A DNA stretch of 64,000 bases from Kudoa neothunni (Eukaryota > Animalia > Cnidaria): NCBI GenBank assembly GCA_964304625.1, contig OZ199840.1, forward strand, positions 1,568,959-1,632,958. The letters are read 5' to 3'. A program made the translations under genes and the position numbers. The notes under the pieces are model-generated. The model was given only the letters and a program-made list of their open reading frames with translations, had not been told where the DNA came from and ran no database searches. Positions 12,641 to 24,848 of the stretch are shown in pieces; positions within the stretch are counted from its first letter, which is position 1; every line of letters begins with the position of its first letter.

Positions 12641-14046
12641 ATGAAATTTTTAATTATAATTTTTAATTTCTTTAACATTTTCAAGAATATATTCAGGTTT
12701 TTGACAATTCGAAGTAATAATTGACTTCGCAATAGTTCCTTCACTGAGTGAGTATGAGTTGTCCGTAGGTGAAGAACCTCACTGGGCTATTAACGGTCAA
12801 GATTTCTCCGTAAGGAGATGGTACGTGGATAAAACAACTGCTACTTGTCGTACATTTACTTACTTGGGAAACGGTGGTAATGCGAATAACTTCGCAACTC
12901 GGGAAGAATGCGAAGAACATTGTAAGTTCCATTATTATATGTTATTTTTTGAATAAAACCCAGTTAAATTAATCCCGGCGAACAAATATATGATTGTGCT
13001 AAAGGAATGCCAACTGGAGTATGTTCATTGGAAGGAGAAAAGTTGTTAGACAGGTGGTACTTTAAAAAAACAACTTCTGGAAGTGAAAAAACTGGAACAT
13101 GTGTAGCTTTCAAATATAATGGTTGTGGTGGTAATGCAAACAATTTTCTCACGAAAGAAGACTGCTTAAAAGCGTGCCAAAGTAATTTTGTTTAATTAAA
13201 TAGTCGTTATAATAAATTTAGACGGAAAAATAGAAAATATTAGTGCAGGAGCTCCCACTAATACCCCTTCAGACGAAATATACTCCGTTCCGAATGACTT
13301 TGACTGCCATGTAAGAGAGCAAGTGGACTCCGATAATCCCGATGTTAAAATAGTTCTGCATCCCAATGGCCATCAATGTATTTATAGTGCGATAAAGAAA
13401 GATGCCAAACGAGGTTTCTTTACCACCTTTCAAGAATGTGTCGGTTTTTGCATACGTAATTATCAATAATTAAGATATTTCTATATTGAATTTTAGCAAT
13501 TGAAAAACAAATTGAAGCTTGCAAGAGAGATGGTCCTGATCAAATGTTAAGCACTGGTAACAGTGCTACACAAGGTCCTGTAAAAGAAAGATACTACTAT
13601 GACAAAAATGCACAAATGTGTATTCGTTTCCATAGCTTTGCAAATAAGAATGGAAGTAGTGACTTTAACTTATCCGAGAATCGATTCCCCACTTTAGAAA
13701 TGTGTTTGAGCTATTGTCCTGCAAGTATTTAATTGCAAAGAAATTTTCATTGGATTCTTATTAATATTTAGCAAAGCAACCTAGTCCAACTGAAGCTATT
13801 GATGTGTGTTCTTTGCCAAAAGCAGGAGATGGAACCTCAACCACATCCAAAAACGGAATACTCGATGTGACACGTTTTTTTTACAATTCCCAAAAAACTC
13901 CACCTGTATGCGAAGAATTCAAATATGGAGGTTTGAACGGAAACTATAACAATTTTGATAACATAGAAGATTGTAAATCTATTTGTGAGACTCCTTTAGC
14001 TGTGACAGAAGCTGCACCAGGAGCTGCACCAGCCAGACAGGAATAA
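12641..14046 (+). CDS. Five-Kunitz-domain protein, copy 3 (about two 1-nt indels)
   Basis: Same six exons. One extra T in an exon-1 T-run and one missing G near 12980; otherwise open to the stop at 14046 (…AAPGAAPARQE*). Confidence 0.85.
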
Positions 14047-15692
14047 TTCTCTATACTATTAGATTATCAAAAATTGAATAATTTATTTAGTAAATTTTTT
14101 AATTCATATAACATAAAATTTTTTTAATACATCTATCCAATTCTATTGTTAAATATCAAAAAAAGCAATCGGAATTATAGGATATTAGTTTTATATTAAT
14201 TATTTTTCATTTATTTATGAAATCTACATATGTAAAGAATAAATGTCAAGTTTTTTAGAAATAATAAATATATATATAATAAAACGTTAAATTTGATATT
14301 TTGAATGTTACATAATATATTAAAAGATAGGTGACGAAATAATATTTGAACTTAGTACGAATGGCATTATTATTAACTAAGATTAATATATTAATTTGAT
14401 TTCGAAAAATAGTGACTTAGTTCGGAAACGTTATATGTGGTTTAAAGCAGGACTTTCCGATTTGGGATACTGAAGATAGTTACTGAGGTTCCGAGACTCA
14501 CATTTAGAGCCAACGAAAAAACTGTACATATAAGAAAACATTGTAAATAATGTATCAGTTCTAAGTAATCAGAATCTCTCCCAAAAATATATGTTTGATT
14601 CGTGCGCAATCGAAGCTGGAATATGTCTGATAAACAACTAGTCATTTGATGAATTTTACTATTAATGTATCTTTTCAATCTAATATTTTGTATTTATTAG
14701 TATATGAAATAAAAATGATATTTTATTTGTTTTTCATTCCTAAATAAATTATTTAGTAATAATTTTAAATGTTGAAACAAGAAAATTATGACATTTTTTC
14801 TTTTAATGATGAAGATAAACTACATATTAAGTATTTTAAAAAGGTTGTATAATCAAAAATTGTATTATTTATTATTTTTAAGTAAACTACAAGGTGATTA
14901 AGAATTAAAATTTAATAGGAATCGAGATTAAGTTATTTAGTTTGTTTGCAAAAATGTTTTAAATTTTTATACCACAAATTAAAATCAATTTAAACTAAAA
15001 CTTTTTATTACAGAATGAATCACCTTTTTTTCATTTAATTTTTATATTTATATTTATGATTAAAATAAAAAAATACAAAAGCGAAAATTGGCAAAGGTGC
15101 CAATATTCGCATCTGATATTTTTCACTAAACTGGTAATATATCTAGTTCATTCGCAATATTGATTTATGTCTACCTTTAACTAATAAGAGTCCCATTTAA
15201 TTTAAGTATTGTCCAAATAAGATAAGAAAAAAACTCAAAACATTTATTTTATTCGCATTTTTTTGTAAAAGTAGACAGCTTTTTTCGTTTTAATAGAACA
15301 TGTTCCCCACTTAAAAATAAATGCATTAAAACCTCTTTTTTTGAGGCGGAATGCTGAAAATAAAATGAATCAGGGAGTGATGGCTTAGTACATCATTTAT
15401 GTATTGATGAGTGTGTCGTTAATTTCATTTTATGTTTGAAAGTTAATAATAACAACTTTACAAACAAGAAAAACTTTTCGGTGCCCATCTATTTTTTATT
15501 AGGATTTTATTTAATTTCATCTATATTTTGTGTTTTATTATATTGAATTAATTATTTCAATTGTTTAATTGAAGTTTATTTACTCAAAATTTTAAACAAA
15601 GGTTTTCCCATGTATCATATTCTTTACGATATATTAATATTTGTCTTAATATAGACATAACGATTAATTCATGTGATTAAATTTAAATTTAA

Positions 15693-18609
15693 CCCTCCCT
15701 GTACCAACTTTCAAAAATTGCGCGTGTGCCCAACTAGGGTATTTGCGTACCCCAGATAAAAATGCTTTAAACTTATTCAAAATATATATAATTCATTAAT
15801 TGAGAATACAACACATAATAGGGTTAATTCATCAAATCATTTAAATATAGTAGCTTCTGGTCTACAGATAAACAAAATTTATTCATTTATCGAGTCATGA
15901 TTACAGCATCGAAATATGTGCACCTATTTACCTAATATTTATTGGCACAAATAATATAAGTTAAATAAAACTATCGGCAATGCCATAATCCTTGAGGTTA
16001 CCAATAACTGATAGTAAACACGACGTATCCACCACCATTTGATGCACGGTTTTCGTTTAGACTCGGCTTCCATCACTATAAAAAGAAGGAGTAAAAATTA
16101 AATAACTTAACGCCTTCATGATTGCACCAAACATAAAGTATTAAATGTTCTATGCTAATGGCTATAAAATGAGCATGAATAAGGTTTTCATTTGTTATTA
16201 ATATATAAAGGATATGCCAAACCCATGATATCACGGGTGATTAATCCCGTGCTTGAAATGAAAATTGACCCAAATAAAATTCGAGCGGCTTACATGAAAA
16301 TACAAAAATTTATTTCTCGAGATATATATGTACAGACATTATCATTAACTTTATTTTTTGTTGTATTATGGATGTTAATTTTTCCAATTAACGCATAAAT
16401 TAAAAGTCGTTTTTTAGACTTAATGTAATTGCCCCCATCGTTTGTATTTTTATCGGAAATCTGTACCTAAGCATATTATGATAATATTAAAAAAATAATA
16501 GAATTTAATCTAAAAGATTCCAACAATCAGGACATTGAATAATATTATTGTTTTCGATGTTTTACTCGCAAAAACTTGACAACTGAAACATGCTACGTTG
16601 GTTTTCTTATCCTTATTTCGTGGGCAAATGTGGCATCTATTTCTCTTCATTTGCTGCATGTAATTTTCTTGGCAGTCGATAGAGTTGGTGTTTGTTGTAG
16701 ATTTATCAAAAAATTGAAACCCTTATTTTATATGACTTTGTAAATAGTGGAATTCTTTTGGCGACATACTACATTTGGAGTTGCCAACTGAACAGCAAGC
16801 TCACGGAGGGAATGCTGGCTTTTGCTCCTATCATTCTTCCTCCATTCAGGATTTTGCTTAGTCCATACAATTTAGGCATTCAATGAGGCCATATCAATGA
16901 TATCCATAAATATCTTGAGCGGCCACCTACGGGTAGCCCGTGAACAGGAGTATGACATGGTCATTTTATCTCCGCCGTCCACCCCGCCTTTTGTCTTATT
17001 GTAGTGTAATATCACAGCTGGCCTTTTTCGATAGCTATCTTCGATCGATGTGTCGTGGTGTTGGGTGGACAAAATATTAACTGAATAATTCTTCTTCGGA
17101 ACATACGAAGTTAATGTTAAATCACCACAAAATCCGAATATCGAAGAGAACACCTGCCTTGCGGGCTAGAAACTCTTTGGGAATGTCTGGCTTGTTTGAT
17201 CTGATGGTCCCAGTTAAGGTAAGCTTTTCTTTAGGAGATTTTTGCAAGAGGAACTGACGTAAAAAAGTTGTCAACTGTTACGCCTCGACCAGTTCCAAAA
17301 AAAGGTGTAACAACTCTTTCAGCTTGATTCACATCCCTTGTTCCATTAACTTTTCCTGTATATGGCTGAAGATTTAGAATGTATGACGTTTCTACATCCG
17401 CAGCAACCAAAAGCTTAATGCAGTATCTTCCAGGTTTGTTTTTAATGTACACTCCGAAGGGGCATCTACCGTGAAACCTAACCAACCTATCGTCGACGGT
17501 AATGAATGGTCCTGGGGAGTAGTATTTTTGACAGTTTTCATTAAACAAAGAAAACATCTGACGGCAATGTTCAAATTTATCGTTTGTTATTTGAAAACGA
17601 TCAGCTCTAGTCGATTTGTCATCGAACCGAAGTGTACGGTAGATATAGGAAAATCGGTTCCTTGGCATCGCAGAAGAGAAGAACAATTGTTTAAATAGTG
17701 GATGGATATCCCAAGCATTTCTCAGAGAGAGCATCCTGCCATTCGAACGTCCAGCGGCAATCAAAACACTAACAAATGCTATAATTTCGTCAGTGGAAAT
17801 TGTTGCATGACCTTCTGGATTAGTTTCTTCACAATATTTATTTGCATATCTTGTTATTTCATCAATGATAGTAGTCGACAAAAATAAAAAGAACGAGTCG
17901 GAAACAGTTAGTATATTTTTAGCTTCTCCCAAAACACCTGATTGAGTACTTACGATGTTACGAGAACGGGTTCTAGTGTTTGTGCGGGTCTCAGTGGACC
18001 GTTGAAGACCAGAACGGGCAATAAAAACCGAACCAACAGTATCATCCATATCAGCAAAAACAGAATCATTCGAAAACTCGTCTTCCTCCTCCTCAGAGTC
18101 GCTTAAAATAAAGTCTTCTTCGGTTGAATCGTCCTCACCTGTAGAAGGAGTATCCTCTATAAGTTTTTCTATATTTTCGTAATTTATTTCATTAACCATA
18201 CTAAACAAAAAATTATTTAAAAAGTCAATTTTAACACAGTCACTTCAACGTTTACAAGAAAACGCGGCACATAAGCAGATTAATCATCGTTAATTCCACG
18301 GCCAGGTTTCTTTTAGGTCTATATCACTCTTCTGGGCGAATTTGTATTTTTTTATTAATATTTTTTCGTATAAAATGTTATATAAAAGTTAAATTAAACG
18401 ACTAATTAATATCTGAAGATACTTGTTAAATATATCATTATTTATTTTGTATATTACGAAGTATTGGAAAAATTTTTTTTACCTGAATATAGGAAATAAT
18501 ATACTGAAAGTATTCTTAAAAACGTAGGAAAATATAATCCAATCGTCTAGAGTTATAAACAAAAAAGTGGATTTGGGGTATCTTAATACCTCAGTTGGTA
18601 CTGGAAGGG
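15693..18609 (-). mobile_element. piggyBac DNA transposon, near full length (2917 bp)
   Basis: TTAA TSDs at 15689-15692 and 18610-18613; 17-bp TIR CCCTCCCTGTACCAACT vs CCCTTCCAGTACCAACT; subterminal GGGGTA..TACCCC palindromes. Empty TTAA site in unit 2 at ~11325. Confidence 0.95.
16506..18208 (-). pseudogene. piggyBac transposase (PGBD4-like), frameshifted
   Basis: ORF pieces carry MPRNRF, ITVDD, FHGRCPFGVYIKNKPGRY, VTVDNFFTS, YNKTKGGVD, RRWP and the C-terminal RCHICPRNKDKKT..ACFSC; several stops and frameshifts. Confidence 0.92.
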
Positions 18610-19928
18610 TTAAGAAAATAATTATTAATAATTATACGGTTTATTCAAATAAATTATAAATTTTCGCCAATAAATCACGAATAAATATCAAAAATAATTT
18701 TTAATGCTGTTTAGATGCGAGAGATTAATTTTTGTAATTTCCCGAGTGCAGAGCTATACTGTATTCTTGTGTCTTGCTATTGAGTAGCCATTTCTAGAAT
18801 TAAATTTGTGAGTAGATAGCATCTATTTTTGAAGGTTGTAATTTATTTCTTCTTTAATTTGGGAAATTAACAAATTCTTCTTCTTTTTTTTCATAAAAAG
18901 TGTCAATTATGATGTCTATATTAAGACTTACTAAATAAGTCTGAAGTATTGATAACTGCAACTAGGGAGCAAAGAGCCTCATAGGTGGTAAATGATCACC
19001 CTACGTGCGGGAAAAAATAGGGTTTACTTCTAAGAGTGGAATTATTTAAAAATCATAGACAAGAAATCTCGAACAATTTAATTCAGATTTCGAACAGTCT
19101 ATCTTGAACTAATTTTTATTTAAAACACAATTGCTTTGATCTTAATATTGAATATAGCGTGATAAATAATTTTACATTTTGAGATAAATAAAATTCTGAA
19201 TTAAAAAAAAAACAATCGTTTAATGAAATATAATAATGGTTTTATTTGATTAATTACAATATTGTTTTTTTCTATATTTTCTTCATTGAATTACCTTTAT
19301 CCGTAATTCCCATAAGTTTATTTTTGAGTTTTAAAATAATTTAAGACGTTACATAATTTTTGATCTGATATTTAATTTATATTTCTGATGTTTTACGCCT
19401 CAATCTAACACATCCTCACTAAAGAAATTCGTGGAACATCTTAGTTATATAAAATAGATCACCAATAATGCGGTACATAAACATAATGCTATTAACCATC
19501 TTTTGCAGCAGTTATCCATTAAATTTATTATATCTAAATTTGTAAATGAAATCATAACGTTGATATATTCAGAAGAACAACTTTTATATAGCTCTTAGAT
19601 ATTAAATTTATTAGAAATTAAACCCATCAAAGACAAAACGACATAAGTTACTTCCAATTATTAATTTTATTTTATAGTCTTTAGTTATGAAAATTTCCAC
19701 ATTTCATCCATTAAATAAGTAGATTACTATTTATATTTCAGTTTTGTTTATCACTACTATAAAGTACGATAAGAGATGGAATTTTGACTTTTGAACTTCA
19801 TTTAATTACTTTATTAATACTAAAGTTCACGAACTGTATTATTTTGTTGATGAATAGTAGTGATCTATATACGATGGGCGAATGAAAAAGTACGATTTTC
19901 TCTAATCCTATATATAGAATATTAAGAA

Positions 19929-21322
19929 ATGAAATTTTTTAATTATAATTTTAATTTCTTTAACATTTTCAAGAATATATTCAGGTTTTTGACAATTCGA
20001 AGTAATAATTGACTTCGCAATAGTTTCCTTCACTGAGTGAGTATGAGTTGTCCGTAGGTGAATGAACCTCACTGGGCTATTAACGGTCAAGATTTCTCCG
20101 TAAGGAGATGGTACGTGGATAAAACAACTGCTACTTGTCGTACATTTACTTACTTGGGAAACGGTGGTAATGCGAATAACTTCGCAACTCGGGAAGAATG
20201 CGAAGAAACATTGTAAGTTCCATTATTATATGTTATTTTTGAATAAAACCCAGTTAAATTAATCCCGGCGGAACAATATATGATTGTGCTAAGAATGCCA
20301 ATTGGAGTATGTTCATTGGAAGGAGAAAAGTTGTTAGACAGGTGGTACTTTAAACAAGTAACCGTTAATGGTGCTACAACTGGAACTTGTGAAACTTTCA
20401 AATATAATGGTTGTGGTGGAAATACAAACAATTTTCTAACAAAGGAAGACTGTTTAAAAGCCTGCCAAAGTAATTATAATTAACAAAAATATCGTTATAA
20501 CAGAAATAGACGATAAAATACCCAGTATTAGTGCAGGAGCTCCCACTAATACCCCTTCAGACGAAATATACTCCGTTCCGAATGAATTTGACTGTCATGT
20601 AAGAGAGCAAGTGGACTCCCATGATCCCATAGTCAAAATAGTTCTGCATCCCAATGGCCAACAATGCATTTACAGTGCGATAAAGAAAGAGGCCAAACGA
20701 GGATTCTTCACTACCTTTCAACAATGCGCTGGTCATTGCATACGTAATCGTTTATAGATAGGATAATTCTTGATTGATTTTTAGCGCCAGAAAAACAAAT
20801 TGAAGCTTGCAAAAGAGGTGGTCCTGATCAAAAATTAGGCACTGGTAATATTCAGAAGCCAGACCCAGTCAAAGAGAGATACTACTTTGACAAAAATGCA
20901 AAAATATGTAGTCGTTTTCACAGCTTTGCAAATGAAGACGGAAGTAGTGACTTCAACTTATCTGAGAATCGATTCCCTACTTTAGAAATGTGTTTGAGCT
21001 ATTGTCCTGCAAGTATTTAATTACGTATAAATTCTAATTTAATTATGTTTTATAATTAGCCAATCAACCTAATCCAACTGAAGCTATTGATGTGTGCTCC
21101 TTGCCAAAAGCGGGAGAAAAAATTACCACCTCATCTACAAACGGAATACTTGATGAAAACCGCTATTTTTACAATTCCCAAAAAACTCCACCTGCATGTG
21201 AAGGATTCAAATATGGAGGTCTGAATGGAAACTATAACAATTTTGAATCCATGGAAGATTGTAAAACTATTTGTGAGGATCCTTTAGCTACAGCAGTAGC
21301 TGTAGTGACCAGTGAAGTTTAA
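19929..21322 (+). CDS. Five-Kunitz-domain protein, copy 4 (1-nt indels in the 5' half)
   Basis: Same six exons. The 5' part is almost identical to copy 3 apart from single-base indels; exons 4-6 are open and end …AVAVVTSEV*. Confidence 0.85.
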
Positions 21323-22549
21323 TTCTCCGTAATATTGGATATTCCAAAATAAAAATATTTTTTTAGTAAATTTTTCTATAAGTTTTTTATATCTGTTAAA
21401 AAAATAATAAATTAATTGAAAAGGCTACGTGATTCTAAAGTTAAACCTCAAAGCAAAAAATCGAAATCAGAATATTCTCTCTAAATTAAATTAGTTATTC
21501 AATCACTCCTTTGCAATCTTTGTATACAAAGAATAAATGTAAAGTTTCTATCATTAATTAGATTTATAAAAGTAATAAAATTGTATATTAAATATTGAAT
21601 TTACTTATTGACATAGTAAATAATACTAAAATGATATTAGTTCTCACTATATACTAATTTATTTCTGACATTAAGAACGAAGAAATGGACTACAATAATT
21701 GAATATAAAGATTTGGAAAATTAAATATGTATGTAGCTTGTGAAAAAGAGTTGCCATGAATTAAAAATTTTAGTTTCTCAAGTGTACACACCGTAATGGA
21801 TAAAAATTTACCTTTCTAATAGCCACTGTCTTAATCAAGTGTTAAAATTACTTTTAAATTTCATTTTGTTGATATCTATTATTCATTATTCAAGTTAAAA
21901 TACATTAATTACTTTTACAAATGATTATGTATCATCAAAATTCTATAAAATATTAAAAAGATAATTGATATAATAAAATGTTAATAATAATGACCAAAAA
22001 ATTATAAAAACCAGGTAAATAATTTGTATTAAATTTATACGAAATAAATTAAATCTATGATGTAAAAAAACCTTTTTAAGATGATAAATCATAAATATTC
22101 GTAAAATTTGTATTGCTAAAGTACTTCCTGAAATTATTATAATACAAAAAGAATCTTTTCGCCAAACGGAAACAATGCATTTAATTATTATAAAAATGCA
22201 TAAATTAATATATATTTGATAAATGGTATTATACAGATTTTATTAAAATTTTCAATGATTAATTATGAAATAGAAAAAATGCCTATTTTCGTCAATTTCA
22301 AGTGCTGAATATTGAAAAACTTAATTTTAACAATTTGTCGTTAGCTAATTTTGATCTAGGGTAGAATTTTTGAAAAGACGCCATTAACAATTTAGGTTGC
22401 TTACGGATGAATATAGAGGGTGGTTGCTAGGATGATAAAAATTAAGTCGAAAGTCTCAAATGAATAACCTTTTTCTTATGTGTACAGTGTTTATTGGATA
22501 TTTTTGTGTATACACCAGGACAGGTAATTACAAATAAAAAATATTTCTG

Positions 22550-24687
22550 TTTATTTGCGTTCAAACTTATTCTTTGCTGATACAGGCAGACCAGACTATC
22601 ATGAGGAATACCTAAGTAAAAGGTCCAGCTTACTGGAAACTTTAGAAGGGCTATCAAACTTGATAGCTGTTGGAGAAGGACTTTTGAATCGACTGGAGAA
22701 TAATCCAATAGAAGAAATGATTCAAAGTCCTCCTCTTTCTCCTACCCCTACAAATTTGGATAAATATACTCCAGCACGAAAACCAAATCACCTCAGTAGT
22801 AATCACCACAGCTATGAAAAAATAATGAATCCAAACAAAAAGAATAAAACCTACTCAAAACATTCACGTAATGCTAATTTTAATCGCAATTTTTTGTTTG
22901 TATATTAATATAGATAGAAAATTCAGGCTAATTTTACACCACATAAAAGGGGATTCATCCACATCCAAAGACTCTTCGCAGAGAGATGAAAAACATCAAA
23001 AAGGATTTGTAATGCCTTCAAAACAGAATTCACAAAATAATGTCGATAAAAAAGTTCCACCTGATGCGATCATGATAAAGAAAGGTATGTATTAATAATA
23101 AGAAATAATTTAAACAACTATTGTCATTTAAGATTATGTGAATACTTCCCCAAACAGTCCACAGCAAGTTCAAGATGGTAATTGAAATAAAAAATATTTA
23201 GTTAGATTTCAGCTAATAAAAATTAACATTATAAATTGATTACAAAGAAATAAATAGAATTTTTAAAATTCCATAGACTACGATGATAATACAGTTAGAA
23301 GGATTTTGGGAAGCTTTTGCAAAAGGCAAAATTGTAAATTCGAGCATAAAAAAGGTGTATATATATTTTTTGTCTCACTTAGTTCCATATTGTGACCAGT
23401 TTGTAAGTAATACCAATGGACCCTTATATAATACACCAAATTCTGACACCAACACCTATTCATCTAATATTGATTACGGTATTCCATCCGGAGGATGTAA
23501 CGGCGGCAATTGCCAATCGTTTCCTAATCCACCCAACTACAATGAATGGCAACAAAACCAAAGTTTTCAAGATAATAATCAGTGCCTTCCAGGTAATTTA
23601 ATTCCACTATTATTGTAGACCGAACAGCATCAAAGTAGGGTCAACTGATTGCGAAGAGACCTATTCAAAAAAACAATCCCAGCAGAGTCTTCCTGAAGAT
23701 AAGGAAAAATATGTGGATTTGGCTAAAAATATATGTTCAAGTACATTTTAATACTGTTACACGACCAAATTATATAAATATAAAATTAAGATTTGGGTGA
23801 ATGTTTGAAAAAGCTCAAGGAAGTTAAAACGGGTTTGAACACTAAGACTCCTCTATTTTCGGCTGAAGAAAACCAAGGTGATTTAAAAAAATTAATCTAA
23901 CTAAATAAATTTAAAGATTATTCGACTGAAAATTTGAACAACAACTGTATTTTAAATTACTACACTTTACAAACATAATATTTTCGAAGGTACCTCGAAA
24001 GAAGGATGCGGATCAACAATCGAAAATGATCAACAACCCGAAAAAACGAGTAATTTCAATTTCTAAATGAAATCATAGATAGTTTTGGTGTAGCATCCAA
24101 TTCAAATGATTGTAATGGCGACAATATTACACCGGAAGAAAAAAAAAGATGTATGCAAGAGAATTCCAACTCCAGTACAATTTTTAATAGATCATTAATC
24201 TGAATATTAATTTTCAACCACAATAAAGGGACTCTTAAAAACGACAGCGAATCAGTTGATGTTCCATATCAAGCACCTAAAGATTGTCTTTTAATGTTAA
24301 ACGGTATATGTTTAAATTGATAAAGGTTGGTTTCCATTTGAGATTGTTTTGTTGTTAGATATGGATTTTCAGGACGTAGGCGACAATTACAACCAAGGAT
24401 TTTGCGAAAGACGTGCTTTACTAGTGAACGTGAAAATGGGCAAGCCATTGAATTATTTATTTCGTATATTGAGAAAACTTGCAAACAAAGGGGGTTGTAC
24501 ATTATCGATTCCCGAAGTTAAAGTAAACTCATTATTAAAAATACATAAAGTAATGTGTATAAATACTGATAATGTATTTTATTGATAGTACTTAAAAAAG
24601 ATGATAGAAGGATTATTGGATTTGGGATGTTGTGAAGAGGATCCAAAGGATACAATGTTACTTGGTGGTGGTTGTACTGAGTTGTGA
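22550..24687 (+). CDS. Multi-exon orphan protein, largely low-complexity (N/S/Q/P-rich), small folded C-terminus; 5' end unresolved
   Basis: Chain of ORF segments bounded by short GT-AG introns. Last exons read DMDFQDVGD…LANKGGCTLSIPEVK|YLKKMIEGLLDLGCCEEDPKDTMLLGGGCTEL* (TGA 24685-24687). Confidence 0.6.
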
Positions 24688-24848
24688 CAGCAGAAAGTTA
24701 TTATAATTATCAAATCATTCCAACCGCTAAAATATGTTATTATAAGGAGAATCATAAAAAGGTGTTTTTATTTTTAGACGGCAAAAATAAAACCACAATA
24801 GTACCTAACACATCGTAATAACAAACTAACACAGGGGTATAACGATGA

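Larger units (their letters stand above)
1..21500 (+). repeat. Tandem segmental array of four ~4.3-kb units (gene plus intergenic DNA)
   Basis: The same landmark (aatt..aaaa..catcgtt) recurs at ~1, ~4293, ~11911 and ~19199. Spacing is ~4.3-4.4 kb once the 3.26-kb and 2.92-kb insertions are subtracted. The window begins inside a unit, so the array may continue upstream. Confidence 0.92.

Noticed and set aside
14442-14678. Short ORFs in spacers and TEs (also 4622, 5638, 7218, 16192, 28805, 36689, 49807, 55717, 55872) and ORFs antisense to real exons
   Set aside because: They lie in repeats or opposite genuine exons, have AT-driven composition and are not preserved in sister copies.
21305-21322. 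PDZ-binding-like C-terminus (TSEV) in Kunitz copy 4
   Set aside because: Not conserved among copies, and the protein is predicted to be secreted.
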